Of a stretch of DNA of 61,139 nt, positions 34,980-44,349 are shown piece after piece (the first letter of the stretch is position 1; each line of letters starts with the position of its first letter). The stretch is taken from positions 1 to 61,139 of the forward strand of contig CBDUBS010000002.1 of the NCBI GenBank assembly GCA_965365445.1, read 5' to 3'. The stretch comes from an uncultured bacterium. GTDB taxonomy: Bacteria > Bacteroidota > Rhodothermia > Rhodothermales > DASSAV01. The translations under genes were made by a program, and so were the position numbers. The notes beneath the pieces are model-generated. The model did no database searches and had not been told where the DNA came from. It saw nothing but the letters and a program-made list of their open reading frames with translations.

Positions 34980-36068
34980 CTATGCGGAGGTCAAACCGAC
35001 CGGCAACGTTACTTCTACCCGGGTTCCCTCTCCGGGATGGCTATGGATTTGCAGGGTGCCCTTGTATAGCCGCACCAGATGCCGGGATACCGCCAGTCCG
35101 AGCCCTCCGCCCTGCTGCTCGAAACGCTGACGTCCGAACTGGATATAAGCCTCCACCTGCTCTATCTCCTCCTTGTGCATCCCCCTGCCCCGGTCCTGAA
35201 CGGACAGAAGCCACAATTTATCCTTCAGGTCGGTGGTTACCCGGATGCGACTACCCGGCTCCGAGAATTTGAGCGCGTTGTCCAGAAGCTCCTGAACGAT
35301 TTTTTCCAGATGAAACTCGTGGATGTCCAGCATCCCGTTTCCGTTCTCGACCGAGATGTCCTCCGACCGATTGTAACTCCGGCCCAGGCGGTCGGCAACC
35401 ATTCCGACTACCCGGGCGGCGTCCACTGGTTCGAGCCGTTCGATTCGGAGCGACATGTCGCCGTTGGGCTCGGCATACAGAAGCAGGTTTTCAATCAGAC
35501 GGTGCAGGCGTAACCCCGCGGCATGGATCGAACGCAGCGACTCGTCAATTTCTTCGCGCTTCAGTCCGTCGTATAACTCCATCAGCAGCGACGAATGGGC
35601 AAGCACGAGCGTAAGCGGCGTACGCAACTCGTGAGGAAGCACGGTAGACAGCCCCTGCCGGAGCATTTCGAGCTTTTTCTCGAATTTGCCCACCAATGAC
35701 TCCTGCTTCTGGAGACGGGCGCTTACCGCCGCAACCAACTCATCCGCCGAAAAGGGTTTCGTTACGTAATCGTCCGCGCCCTGGCTCATTCCTTTACGTA
35801 GTTCCGTCGGTTCCGCTTTGGCTGTCAGGAAAACGAATGGGATGGTGCTGAGCTCTGCCGTTTTTCGGAAGGATGCCAGCACTTCGTAGCCGTTCATGCC
35901 GGGCATCATGATGTCGCACAACACGAGATCCGGCCTGAACAAGCGGGCCTGCAACAATCCTTCTTCTCCCGACCGCGCCCCGACGACCTCAAAATTAGCC
36001 TGCGCCAGCATGTAATCGACCATCTCACGTACTTCACGCTGGTCGTCGATGATTAATATGCGCTTCAT
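34980..36068 (-). CDS. Response-regulator receiver fused to histidine kinase (REC-HisKA-HATPase)
   Basis: 362 aa. REC (ILIIDD...CDIMMPGMNGYEV...KPF), H-box LPHELRTPLT, and the G-box of HATPase_c (GGGLGLAVSRHL). Confidence 0.9.
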   Translation of the reverse strand: MKRILIIDDQREVREMVDYMLAQANFEVVGARSGEEGLLQARLFRPDLVLCDIMMPGMNGYEVLASFRKTAELSTIPFVFLTAKAEPTELRKGMSQGADDYVTKPFSADELVAAVSARLQKQESLVGKFEKKLEMLRQGLSTVLPHELRTPLTLVLAHSSLLMELYDGLKREEIDESLRSIHAAGLRLHRLIENLLLYAEPNGDMSLRIERLEPVDAARVVGMVADRLGRSYNRSEDISVENGNGMLDIHEFHLEKIVQELLDNALKFSEPGSRIRVTTDLKDKLWLLSVQDRGRGMHKEEIEQVEAYIQFGRQRFEQQGGGLGLAVSRHLVRLYKGTLQIHSHPGEGTRVEVTLPVGLTSA

Positions 36069-36149
36069 CAGCCCGATCTGTCCACAAAATGTGTATTCCG
36101 TCCACGGCAGGCCGTGATGCGCCGCTACGGCGGAGCGCCCGGAGCGTTA

Positions 36150-38888
36150 TCAGGATGCGATGGAAGGGTCGGGGGAATCGCTCCTGATGAGACGGGCCGT
36201 CATCTCAAGCAGACCATCCGTCGTGAACGGCTTGCTCAGATAGCGATCGAACCCCGCAGCCAGAAAACGTTCCCGGTCGCCCGGTAACGCATAGGCTGTA
36301 ACGGCTGCAATAGGCGTATCGTCATAGTGCGGCAGGGCGCGCAGCCGGCCTATCAGGTCCAGGCCGTTTCCTCCCTGCCCCAGGTTGATATCCAGCAACA
36401 CTGCATCGAAGCGGCGGGCCGACGCTTTTCTCAGGGCCTCCTCGGCGCTGGTGGCAATCGTCACGTCGCACACGTCGAGCAAGAGATGCAGGATGAGAAA
36501 GGCCGTTTCCGGGTTGTCCTCCACGAGCAGCATATGGGACGGCATCGTGTCGGAGGATCCTACCGATCCCTCCGTTTCGCCGGTACGCCGGGCCGTAGGC
36601 TCATCCATGAATATGGGGAAGGAAACGGTAAATGTACTGCCCTGGTCTTTCTTGCTTCTGACGGAGATGGTTCCACCCATGAGTTCCACCAGCCGCCGCG
36701 TAATGGCCAGGCCCAGGCCGCTCCCTTCATGGCTTCGGCTCAAACCCGAGGACTCCTGGCTGAATTCATCGAAAAGATGCGGCAAAAAGGGCGCGTCGAT
36801 ACCCACACCCGTGTCGGCAACATGCACGCGTACAAAGGCGTCCATGGTATCCACGCTGACATGGATGCCTCCCCTCTGGGTAAATTTGACGGCATTACCG
36901 ATCAGGTTTTGCAAGATGCTGCTCAGAGCGCCCTTATCCAGACAGGCCCTGACTTCCTGCGCCTCCGGCGCGACCTGGTACGACAACGTCAGGTTTTTCT
37001 CGGTCGCCAGTTGTTCGTACAGTTGAACGATTTCTTCGATTTCATGCCCTACATCGATTTCCGACAACTGAACCTGAACTCGCCCGGCTTCCAGTTGTGC
37101 GAGCGAAAGTACGGAGTTGAGGGTATCCATCAGGCGCCGCCCGCTCCGTTCGATGAGCATCGCAAACCGGCGATGCTTGTCATCCACCTCTTTGGAGAGC
37201 AGAGACGCATACCCGATAACCGAGGTAAGGGGCGTGCGAATTTCATGGCTCATGTTCGCCAGAAACGCGGTTTTCAGATGCGCCATCTCTTCGGCCTGTT
37301 CTTTGGCCCGCTGGAGTGCGACTTCATACCGCTTGCGTTCGGTAATGTCCTGCACGAAGGCGGCATATTTCCGTTCGCCCCCGAGAAGAAACGAACTGGC
37401 GGCAATGAGCAGCGAAAAGACCTCTCCATCAGCCTTCCGTCCGAACATTTCGTATCCCTGCCCTATGGAAGCAAGCAACGCTTCCTCCCCGTCGCCTTCT
37501 TCCGTACCGTGCAGAAGCTCGGAGAATCGTTTGCCGGTAATCTCCTCGGACGAATAACCGAAGATCCGTTCGGCGGCCCTGTTGAACGTCTCGATGTACC
37601 CTTCGCTATCCGTGACAATGATGCCATCGGCCGATGTCTCCAGAATGATGCGCTGCCGCTTTTCCTTTTCCTCCAGTTCCGCCACCTGCGAATGAATCTG
37701 CGCCGCCATTTTCTTGAAGGTGCGCGCCAGCACGCCGATTTCATCCCTCCGCCGGATCGGCAGGTTCTTGATCCAATCTTCCTTTCCGAAATCCGAAAGC
37801 GCCTGCGTAACCTGGCTCAGGGGCCGGGTCATGAAACCGGAAAAGCCCATCGCCAGAATGATTCCTCCGAGGCAGAACAGGAGCGTTATCAATACGCTTT
37901 TGTCCCGCACTCTTCGCACGCCGTCGAGAATGAGCGCGTGAGGCGAAGTAACACCTACGATGAGTACGTTACGTGCGGGGTCGCCGGTAAGCGGAACCCG
38001 CTCGAAAAATGCCGTCAGTGGATTCCCCGGCGAAGAAGCGACCGATTCGATGCGAATGTTCTGCAACCGACCCTCCACCAGTGCGGCAAAGCCGTCTATT
38101 CTGGAGGTAAGCACGCGCACGCTGTCCTGCCGGCTTCCTTCCGGGATCATCGAGACGGAGCCGACCAGTAGCTTACCCTGCTCATCGAACAGGTACATGG
38201 TCTTATCCGGGTCAACCACGGCTACGGCGGCATACAATGCTTCCGAAAAATCGATGCTGATCTCGATGTACCCGAAGTGCTTGCCTTGCTCATCGAATAC
38301 CGGAGCCACGGATTCCAGTTTGGGAACCCCGGCCCCTATTACATCACCGTCGATAGCCTCCGTACGCAGATCAGATACGTAAACGGAACCCGGCTGAAGG
38401 CCGAAGGCCTCTTGGTAAAGGGGTGTGCCGCTCTGTTTCATCAGGCGTTTTCCGGAGATTCGCTCGATGTTGCCGTCCCTTCGCTCTACCCGGACGAGCT
38501 CCTTACCCTCGTCATACGCCGCGACGAAACGCAATCGGTGTAAGTTGGGGCGGTCCGCAAGGAAAGCCGCAAAAATATCGCTCAACTGATCCCGCCATTC
38601 CCAGTCGAGAAGGGCTGTCTCCGGATCGAGGCCGCGTCGGCTGCGCGCTCGTACGATTCCCATTACCGGAGGCGTCGAGGCCAGAAACCGTGCGTCTTTC
38701 GTTATGGATTCAACTGAAGCGGCCAGACGTACTTCCGCCGTACGGGCCGTATAATTGAGCCGCTCCGTCGATGAATCGATCAGCGACTGGCGGGCGGCCT
38801 GATACACCATGTACCCTTCCGTACCCGTTGCCAGCAGTACCAGAAGAGAAAAAATCAGAGCGAACCGGCTGCCTATACCCAGCTTCAT
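36150..38888 (-). CDS. Hybrid sensor histidine kinase (TM - extracytoplasmic domain - TM - HAMP - PAS - HisKA - HATPase - REC)
   Basis: 912 aa. Two TM helices flank a region of about 300 aa. HAMP (RDEIGVLARTFKKM), PAS (ETSADGIIVTDSEGYIETFNRAAERIFGY), H-box MSHEIRTPLTSV, GSGLGLAI, and a C-terminal REC (LLVEDN...LLDINL...KPF). Confidence 0.92.
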   Translation of the reverse strand: MKLGIGSRFALIFSLLVLLATGTEGYMVYQAARQSLIDSSTERLNYTARTAEVRLAASVESITKDARFLASTPPVMGIVRARSRRGLDPETALLDWEWRDQLSDIFAAFLADRPNLHRLRFVAAYDEGKELVRVERRDGNIERISGKRLMKQSGTPLYQEAFGLQPGSVYVSDLRTEAIDGDVIGAGVPKLESVAPVFDEQGKHFGYIEISIDFSEALYAAVAVVDPDKTMYLFDEQGKLLVGSVSMIPEGSRQDSVRVLTSRIDGFAALVEGRLQNIRIESVASSPGNPLTAFFERVPLTGDPARNVLIVGVTSPHALILDGVRRVRDKSVLITLLFCLGGIILAMGFSGFMTRPLSQVTQALSDFGKEDWIKNLPIRRRDEIGVLARTFKKMAAQIHSQVAELEEKEKRQRIILETSADGIIVTDSEGYIETFNRAAERIFGYSSEEITGKRFSELLHGTEEGDGEEALLASIGQGYEMFGRKADGEVFSLLIAASSFLLGGERKYAAFVQDITERKRYEVALQRAKEQAEEMAHLKTAFLANMSHEIRTPLTSVIGYASLLSKEVDDKHRRFAMLIERSGRRLMDTLNSVLSLAQLEAGRVQVQLSEIDVGHEIEEIVQLYEQLATEKNLTLSYQVAPEAQEVRACLDKGALSSILQNLIGNAVKFTQRGGIHVSVDTMDAFVRVHVADTGVGIDAPFLPHLFDEFSQESSGLSRSHEGSGLGLAITRRLVELMGGTISVRSKKDQGSTFTVSFPIFMDEPTARRTGETEGSVGSSDTMPSHMLLVEDNPETAFLILHLLLDVCDVTIATSAEEALRKASARRFDAVLLDINLGQGGNGLDLIGRLRALPHYDDTPIAAVTAYALPGDRERFLAAGFDRYLSKPFTTDGLLEMTARLIRSDSPDPSIAS

Positions 38889-39198
38889 AGCTCCTCAGTT
38901 ATTATGGTCAAGCGGCGCTCCCGCACTTCGAGGCTGTTCGAGAGTATTCCGTTTAGCGGCAAGGTTTTCCTTACCCGGAAAAAGCTGCCATGACCCTTGC
39001 TGATGGTACATGCTTTTCATGGTTATAATCATAGCATCTGTACCTCGCAAACGCGAGTCCGTTCTCACGATCTACGATTGAAGTCATACGGGGCCGTTCT
39101 CGCGTATCGCCCGAAACATGAGCGGTTACAGCGCGACGGCTTGCCTGCATGGCCGGTGGGAATCTGTTCGAGTTGTAGCGATAATGTAAAAGATGGGG

Positions 39199-39384
39199 CT
39201 ACACACAGATTTCGGCGTAGCGGCTATTTCTGAACGGGAAGATTGAGACTAGTTTTCTCTCCCGTATTATCGTACCCATCGAGTGGTCCATATCCCATTC
39301 GGTGAGTACAGGAAAGCGCTTCTCAACCTGTTGAATGGCTAATTCGTGCGCGCTCACAGGGGATTCCTGTTCATAATCGGCCAT
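39199..39384 (-). CDS. Speculative 61-aa ORF in the long gltA-upstream intergenic region
   Basis: MADYEQESPVSAHELAIQQVEKRFPVLTEWDMDHSMGTIIRERKLVSIFPFRNSRYAEICV. This is the only part of ORF 39199..39825 that does not overlap gltA. It uses several rare-looking codons (ATA ATA, AGA, CTA, TTA), has no SD, and I recognise no family. Confidence 0.2.
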   Translation of the reverse strand: MADYEQESPVSAHELAIQQVEKRFPVLTEWDMDHSMGTIIRERKLVSIFPFRNSRYAEICV

Positions 39385-39486
39385 AAACGAGGAACGTGTG
39401 TGAATTTTGAGAGTGCTAGGAAGGGAGGACGGCAGTAGCAAGGGCGAAATCTTATTTCGGACACAATCAAACGGCGAGAAGACTGG

Positions 39487-40788
39487 ATGGATACCGCAAA
39501 ACTTATCGTACAAGGAAAAGAGTTTACCCTTCCGATCGTGGTCGGCACGGAAGGAGAAGTAGGCATCGACGTTCGCGCCCTGTTCAAGGACGCCGGATAC
39601 GTCACGTTTGACCCCGGTTACGGCAATACGGGCTCCTGCGAAAGCGCCATTACATTCATCGACGGCGAGCAAGGCATCCTCCGGTATCGAGGAATCCCCA
39701 TCGAAGAATTGGCGGAGAAAGCCAGCTTCGTGGAGGTGTGCTACCTCTTGATCAACGGGGAGTTGCCCACGCGCGAAGAATTGGCTCGGCTCAACAAGGA
39801 TCTGATCTACCACAGCATGCTCCATGAGGACATGAAGAAGCTGTTTGAGGGGTTTCCCCCGAAAGCGCGTCCCATGAGCGTATTGTCATCCATGGTTGCT
39901 TCGCTGTCGGCCTATTACATCGAGTCGGAAGATCCTGAGGAGCACCACCTGAACGTCATCCGACTGCTCTCCAAAGTGCGTACGCTGGCCGCTTTTGCCT
40001 ACAAGAAATCCGTCGGGCATCCGTTCATCTATCCGCGCAACGATCTTTCCTACGCCGGCAACTTCCTGTACATGATGTTTGCCACGCCCACGGAGGATTA
40101 TGAGGTTCCGGAAATACTCGAGCGCGCTCTCGATTTGCTGCTCATCCTCCATGCCGATCACGAGCAGAATTGCAGCACCTCTACGGTTCGTATGGTGGGA
40201 AGCAGTCTGGCGGATATGTTCGGGTCGATATCGGCGGGCATCAGCGCTTTATCCGGTCCCCTGCACGGCCGCGCCAATCAGGAAGTGATCCACATGCTGG
40301 AGGACATCCAGCAATCCGGGAGCGACGTAAAAACCTACGTCGAGCGGGCCAAGAAAAAAGACAGCAAGACGCGCCTCATGGGTTTCGGACACCGCGTATA
40401 CCGCAACTTCGACCCCCGGGGGCGCATCATCAAAAAGGTTGCCGACGACGTGCTGGAACAGCTCGGTATTCAAGACCCGCTGCTCGATATCGCCAAACGG
40501 TTAGAGCAGGTAGCCCTGGAGGACGAATACTTCATCGAGCGCAAGCTTTACCCGAACGTGGACTTCTACAGCGGCATTCTGTATCGCGCCATGGGCATCC
40601 CGACCAGTATGTTTACGGTCATGTTTACCATGGGCCGCCTGCCGGGCTGGATTGCTCAGTGGGAGGAAATGCGGCGTGACCCCATGACCCGTATCCATCG
40701 CCCGCGCCAGGTGTACGTAGGGGCGCCGAAACGCTCCTATGTGCCAGTGGAGGAACGAGAACCCCTGAAAACGGAAGTGTATTTGTAG
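39487..40788 (+). CDS. gltA: Citrate synthase
   Basis: 433 aa. N-terminus typical of type II citrate synthase, catalytic region LMGFGHRVYRNFDPR, and GILRYRGIPIEEL. Confidence 0.97.
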   Translation: MDTAKLIVQGKEFTLPIVVGTEGEVGIDVRALFKDAGYVTFDPGYGNTGSCESAITFIDGEQGILRYRGIPIEELAEKASFVEVCYLLINGELPTREELARLNKDLIYHSMLHEDMKKLFEGFPPKARPMSVLSSMVASLSAYYIESEDPEEHHLNVIRLLSKVRTLAAFAYKKSVGHPFIYPRNDLSYAGNFLYMMFATPTEDYEVPEILERALDLLLILHADHEQNCSTSTVRMVGSSLADMFGSISAGISALSGPLHGRANQEVIHMLEDIQQSGSDVKTYVERAKKKDSKTRLMGFGHRVYRNFDPRGRIIKKVADDVLEQLGIQDPLLDIAKRLEQVALEDEYFIERKLYPNVDFYSGILYRAMGIPTSMFTVMFTMGRLPGWIAQWEEMRRDPMTRIHRPRQVYVGAPKRSYVPVEEREPLKTEVYL

Positions 40789-40793
40789 CCATC

Positions 40794-40831
40794 AAAAAGG
40801 GGCTTCTCCGGAAACGGGAAGCCCCTTTTTT
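40794..40831. terminator. Bidirectional rho-independent terminator between gltA (+) and the CoA-transferase gene (-)
   Basis: AAAAA-GGGGCTTC(t)CCG-gaaa-CGG-GAAGCCCC-TTTTTT. The GC-rich stem is flanked by an A run and a T run. It starts 6 nt after the gltA stop and ends 3 nt before the stop of the convergent gene. Confidence 0.8.
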
Positions 40832-40833
40832 AA

Positions 40834-42321
40834 TTAGCCCTGCGGCAGCATCGTGCCGTGCTCGATCAGGTTGCGGTGCAGTTCGTAGCACCGGGTCAGG
40901 TCATGCCGGATGTGGCCCATGGGCGCCTCGTGCAGATACTGCTTGAGGTAATCCCGATACGCCGGATTCGCGCACTTATCGATGATCCGGTTAGCCCTCT
41001 CTATAGGCCCCAACCCGCGCAGATCGGCCAGCCCCTGTTCCGTAACGATTATCTGGACGGAGTGTTCGTTGTGGTCGACATGGGTAGCCATAGGCACGAC
41101 CGCAGAAATCTTGCCTCCCTTGGCCACGCTGGGGCAGACCATGATCGACAGGTACGCGTTGCGTACGAAATCGCCGGAGCCGCCGACGCCGTTCATGATG
41201 TGCGTTCCGGTAACGTGCGTCGAATTGGCGTTGCCGTAAATATCTACTTCCAGCGCCGTATTGATGGCTATGACGCCCAGCCTTCGGATAACGCCGGGGT
41301 TGTTCGAGAGCTCCTGCGGCCTCAGGACGACGCGCCGCCCGAAGAACGTCATCTCCTGATAAAGACGCTGCAACTCCGGTTCGCTCAGGGTAAGGCTCGT
41401 CGTGGAAGCCCCGAGAAGCCTTTCGTTCAGCATCAGGTCAACCAGCGCATCCTGAAACACCTCACTGTACATGTAGAACGGCGGCACGTCGCTTTTGCCC
41501 AGGCCCGCCATGACGGCGTTGGCAATATTTCCGACACCCGCCTGCATCGGTAGAAAGTCGCGCGGGATGCGGCCCGCCTTCATTTCGTCGAGAAGGAAAT
41601 GCACGACGTGATCCGCGATTTTCTCGCTCACTTCATCCGGTTCGTCGAATCCGGCTACGCCGTCGGGCTCGTCCGTCTCCACGACGCCGATGATCTTGCT
41701 GGGATTCACGACCGCAAACGGCGTCCCCATTTTCGTCAGGGGGTGATGAATGGGTATCGGATTGCGATGCGGAGGCGTCGGAAGAATCGAGATGTCGTGC
41801 ATCTCCCACAGGCGCTTGGAGTGATGCCGGTTGATTTCGATGATCACTTTTTCGGCGTGGCGCAAGTAGCTCGGGCTGGCTCCGACCGAGGTGGACAAAT
41901 ACACCCGGCCGTCCTGCGTCACGTCGATAGCTTCAACGACCGCGAAGTCGATTTTACCGAAGAAGCCGAACTCCACCATCTGGGGGACATGCGAAAGGTG
42001 CATGTCCACAAACTCCGCCTTTTGCGCATTGATACGCTGCCGGAGCGATTTGGACGATTGGTAGGGGGCGCGCCAGGAAATGGCGTCGGCCTGGGCCAGG
42101 GCTTCGTCCAGCCCGGCGCCGGTGGACGCGCCGGTGAGGACCCTGATCTGGAGGGGCTCGCCGCGCTCGTGCATGGCCTTGGCGCGAGCGGCCAAGGCTC
42201 GGGGCACGGCTTTGGCCGCACCGGCCGGAGTAAAACCGGAAAAGCCTACCGTGGCTCCGTCAAAGATCTTGGCAGCCGCTTCTTCAGCGGTCAGCCGTGG
42301 AAAGTGGTTGCTGGGTTGCAT
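40834..42321 (-). CDS. Acetyl-CoA hydrolase/transferase family protein (succinate/propionate CoA-transferase-like)
   Basis: 495 aa. N-terminus FDGATVGFSGFTPAGAAKAVPRALA and overall layout are typical of the Cat1/ScpC/ASCT family. It is the last gene of the methylmalonyl-CoA block. Confidence 0.88.
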   Translation of the reverse strand: MQPSNHFPRLTAEEAAAKIFDGATVGFSGFTPAGAAKAVPRALAARAKAMHERGEPLQIRVLTGASTGAGLDEALAQADAISWRAPYQSSKSLRQRINAQKAEFVDMHLSHVPQMVEFGFFGKIDFAVVEAIDVTQDGRVYLSTSVGASPSYLRHAEKVIIEINRHHSKRLWEMHDISILPTPPHRNPIPIHHPLTKMGTPFAVVNPSKIIGVVETDEPDGVAGFDEPDEVSEKIADHVVHFLLDEMKAGRIPRDFLPMQAGVGNIANAVMAGLGKSDVPPFYMYSEVFQDALVDLMLNERLLGASTTSLTLSEPELQRLYQEMTFFGRRVVLRPQELSNNPGVIRRLGVIAINTALEVDIYGNANSTHVTGTHIMNGVGGSGDFVRNAYLSIMVCPSVAKGGKISAVVPMATHVDHNEHSVQIIVTEQGLADLRGLGPIERANRIIDKCANPAYRDYLKQYLHEAPMGHIRHDLTRCYELHRNLIEHGTMLPQG

Positions 42322-42402
42322 CTAGGTTCAGGAAAAGTGAAACGAGTACGTGGTTGATCAGGGGCGACGCATGGCTAGTGGGCGCATCGGCCGGGCCGCC
42401 CG

Positions 42403-43866
42403 TCAGCCGAAATACGACAGCAAAACGCCTGCCGCTACCGCCGATCCGATAACACCGGCCACATTGGGCCCCATGGCGTGCATCAGAATGAAATTCTGAG
42501 GGTCCTCCTCATGGGCTACGCGCTGCACAACGCGCGCCGCCATCGGTACGGCCGAAACGCCTGCCGCTCCGATAAGGGGATTGATCTGCTTCTTGCTGAC
42601 GGCATTGAGCAGTTTGGCGAACAGCAGTCCTCCTGCCGTCGAAAAACTGAAAGCGACAACCCCGAGAATGAATATATAAATGGTCTGAGGGGTCAAAAAG
42701 TTGCTGGCCTGTGTTTTGGCCCCCACAACGAGGCCCAGCAGGATGGTTACGATATCGATGAACGTGGTGCTTGCTGTTCGGGCCAGGCGTTCCGTGACGA
42801 GACTCTCGCGCAGCAGGTTGCCGAAAAAGAGCATTCCCAACAGCGGCAGTGCCCCATTGGCGATAAACGCGGTCAGGATGAATCCAAGGATGGGGAACAG
42901 CACTTTCAGCGTTCGAGATACCTCACCGGTCTGCTCCATTCGGATGCGGCGCTCCTTTTTTGTCGTCAAGAGCCGCATGATGGGAGGTTGGATGAGCGGC
43001 ACCATAGCCATATAGCTGTATGCGGAAAGCGCCACCGCCCCCAGCAGGTCGGGCGCCAGCTTCGTGCATACGAATATGGCGGTCGGCCCGTCGGCTCCAC
43101 CGATGATCCCGATGGACGCCGCTTCCTCGGGACGAAAACCAAACCACGTGGCAGCCAACAGCGCCCCGAAAATACCCAGCTGCGCGGCCGCCCCCAGCAA
43201 AATCGTCCTCGGATTCGCCAGCAACGGGCCGAAATCCGTCAGAGCGCCGATGCCAAGGAAAATGAGCGGGGGGAATATGCCCCACTCGATGCCGCGGAAC
43301 AGCATCCAGAACACCCCGGCGTTCCAGGGATCCTGGCTTCGCGGGTCGATCACCACGTTATACCGATCGTCGTCGGACTGCCGGAGCGCCAGGATGCGCC
43401 TTCCCTGATGCAACGTTTGCACGCCCGGTTGCCGGATCTCACCGGTCCAGTACAGCTTCTGCCGGGTATTGACCATTACGGCCTCCCCTTTCTGGACCCG
43501 GTCCTGAAACAGGAAGGGTTGATGCCGTATCCGGTTCTGCGCCTGAAGATCTTCCTCCGGTGAATAGATCAACTCCCACGGCTGAAACCGGACGCTGTCG
43601 ATGACGGCTCCCTGTTCGGTGGCGTAATATGCAATGTCGGCCTCGCTTACGGGGCCGTCGTACACGCCCACACTCAGCTGCGTGACGTCGTAGGGAATGT
43701 TGCCGATCAGGATTCCAAAACCTATCGGTATGAGCAGCAGGGGTTCAAACCCCTTCTTGATAGCCAGAAAGATAAACGCCAGACCGATCAGCAGCATCAC
43801 CCCGTTCGTCCAGTGAAACTGGCCGAATCCGGAGTCGCGCATGAAGTCCAGAAACATGTCTAACAT
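42403..43866 (-). CDS. Na+-translocating decarboxylase beta subunit (OadB/MmdB/GcdB family)
   Basis: 487 aa polytopic membrane protein. Family blocks KKGFEPLLLIPIGFG, GALTDFGPLLANPRT, IGIIGGADGPTAI, PLIGAAGVSAVPMAARV and LMHAMGPNVAGVIGSA. Confidence 0.92.
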   Translation of the reverse strand: MLDMFLDFMRDSGFGQFHWTNGVMLLIGLAFIFLAIKKGFEPLLLIPIGFGILIGNIPYDVTQLSVGVYDGPVSEADIAYYATEQGAVIDSVRFQPWELIYSPEEDLQAQNRIRHQPFLFQDRVQKGEAVMVNTRQKLYWTGEIRQPGVQTLHQGRRILALRQSDDDRYNVVIDPRSQDPWNAGVFWMLFRGIEWGIFPPLIFLGIGALTDFGPLLANPRTILLGAAAQLGIFGALLAATWFGFRPEEAASIGIIGGADGPTAIFVCTKLAPDLLGAVALSAYSYMAMVPLIQPPIMRLLTTKKERRIRMEQTGEVSRTLKVLFPILGFILTAFIANGALPLLGMLFFGNLLRESLVTERLARTASTTFIDIVTILLGLVVGAKTQASNFLTPQTIYIFILGVVAFSFSTAGGLLFAKLLNAVSKKQINPLIGAAGVSAVPMAARVVQRVAHEEDPQNFILMHAMGPNVAGVIGSAVAAGVLLSYFG

Positions 43867-43971
43867 AATCGGAGCCTATGTAAAAGCGCACTCGGGCGGC
43901 TACCGCGTTCCATTCGGCGCCCGAAATCCATGCAGGCGGCTGTCGCCCGGCGCTTCTGTTTTTTTATGCCG

Positions 43972-44349
43972 TCAATCGTATTCCAAAAGGAGCTGGCCCG
44001 GTTTGACGGCCTCTCCCCCGCTTACGTGAACCTGGCGAATTTTGCCCGCTACCGGCGAAGCCACGTTCGTTTCCATTTTCATGGCTTCCATGATGAAAAC
44101 GACCTGATTGACCGTAACTACGTCGCCGGGTTTAGCCAGTACTTTCAGGATGGTGCCGGCGATGGGGCTGCGAAGCGCCTTATCGCCGTCCGCCACAGGG
44201 GTAGCCGTTCGAGCCGGCGGCTCGGCTCGTGAGGGAGCCGCCGCCCGGCTTACGGGAGCAGGTGAACCACCCGAAACCGATTCTGCCCCATCGAGCACTT
44301 CCACATCTACGTCGTACGAATTGCCTTCTATGGTTATGCGAAGCCTCAT
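43972..44349 (-). CDS. Biotin carboxyl-carrier subunit (gamma) of the decarboxylase
   Basis: 125 aa. Ala/Pro linker and biotinyl domain with EAMKMET. Its start overlaps the upstream gene's stop by 4 nt. Confidence 0.9.
   Translation of the reverse strand: MRLRITIEGNSYDVDVEVLDGAESVSGGSPAPVSRAAAPSRAEPPARTATPVADGDKALRSPIAGTILKVLAKPGDVVTVNQVVFIMEAMKMETNVASPVAGKIRQVHVSGGEAVKPGQLLLEYD

Noticed and set aside
36327-38171. 614-aa + strand ORF inside the hybrid kinase gene
   Set aside because: It is antisense to a gene with a complete, ordered HAMP-PAS-HisKA-HATPase-REC domain series. It has no recognisable domains of its own, so it is a GC-rich shadow ORF.
39199-39825. 208-aa minus-strand ORF overlapping the start of gltA
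   Set aside because: Its N-terminal 147 aa are antisense to the highly conserved citrate synthase N-terminus and look like shadow sequence. Only the non-overlapping 61-aa tail is kept, as a low-confidence small ORF.
43867-43971. Searched for a tiny epsilon-type subunit (as in the Veillonella mmd operon) in the gaps of the decarboxylase cluster
   Set aside because: The delta and gamma genes overlap by 4 nt. The 105-nt gamma-beta gap is too short and has no ORF on the coding strand.
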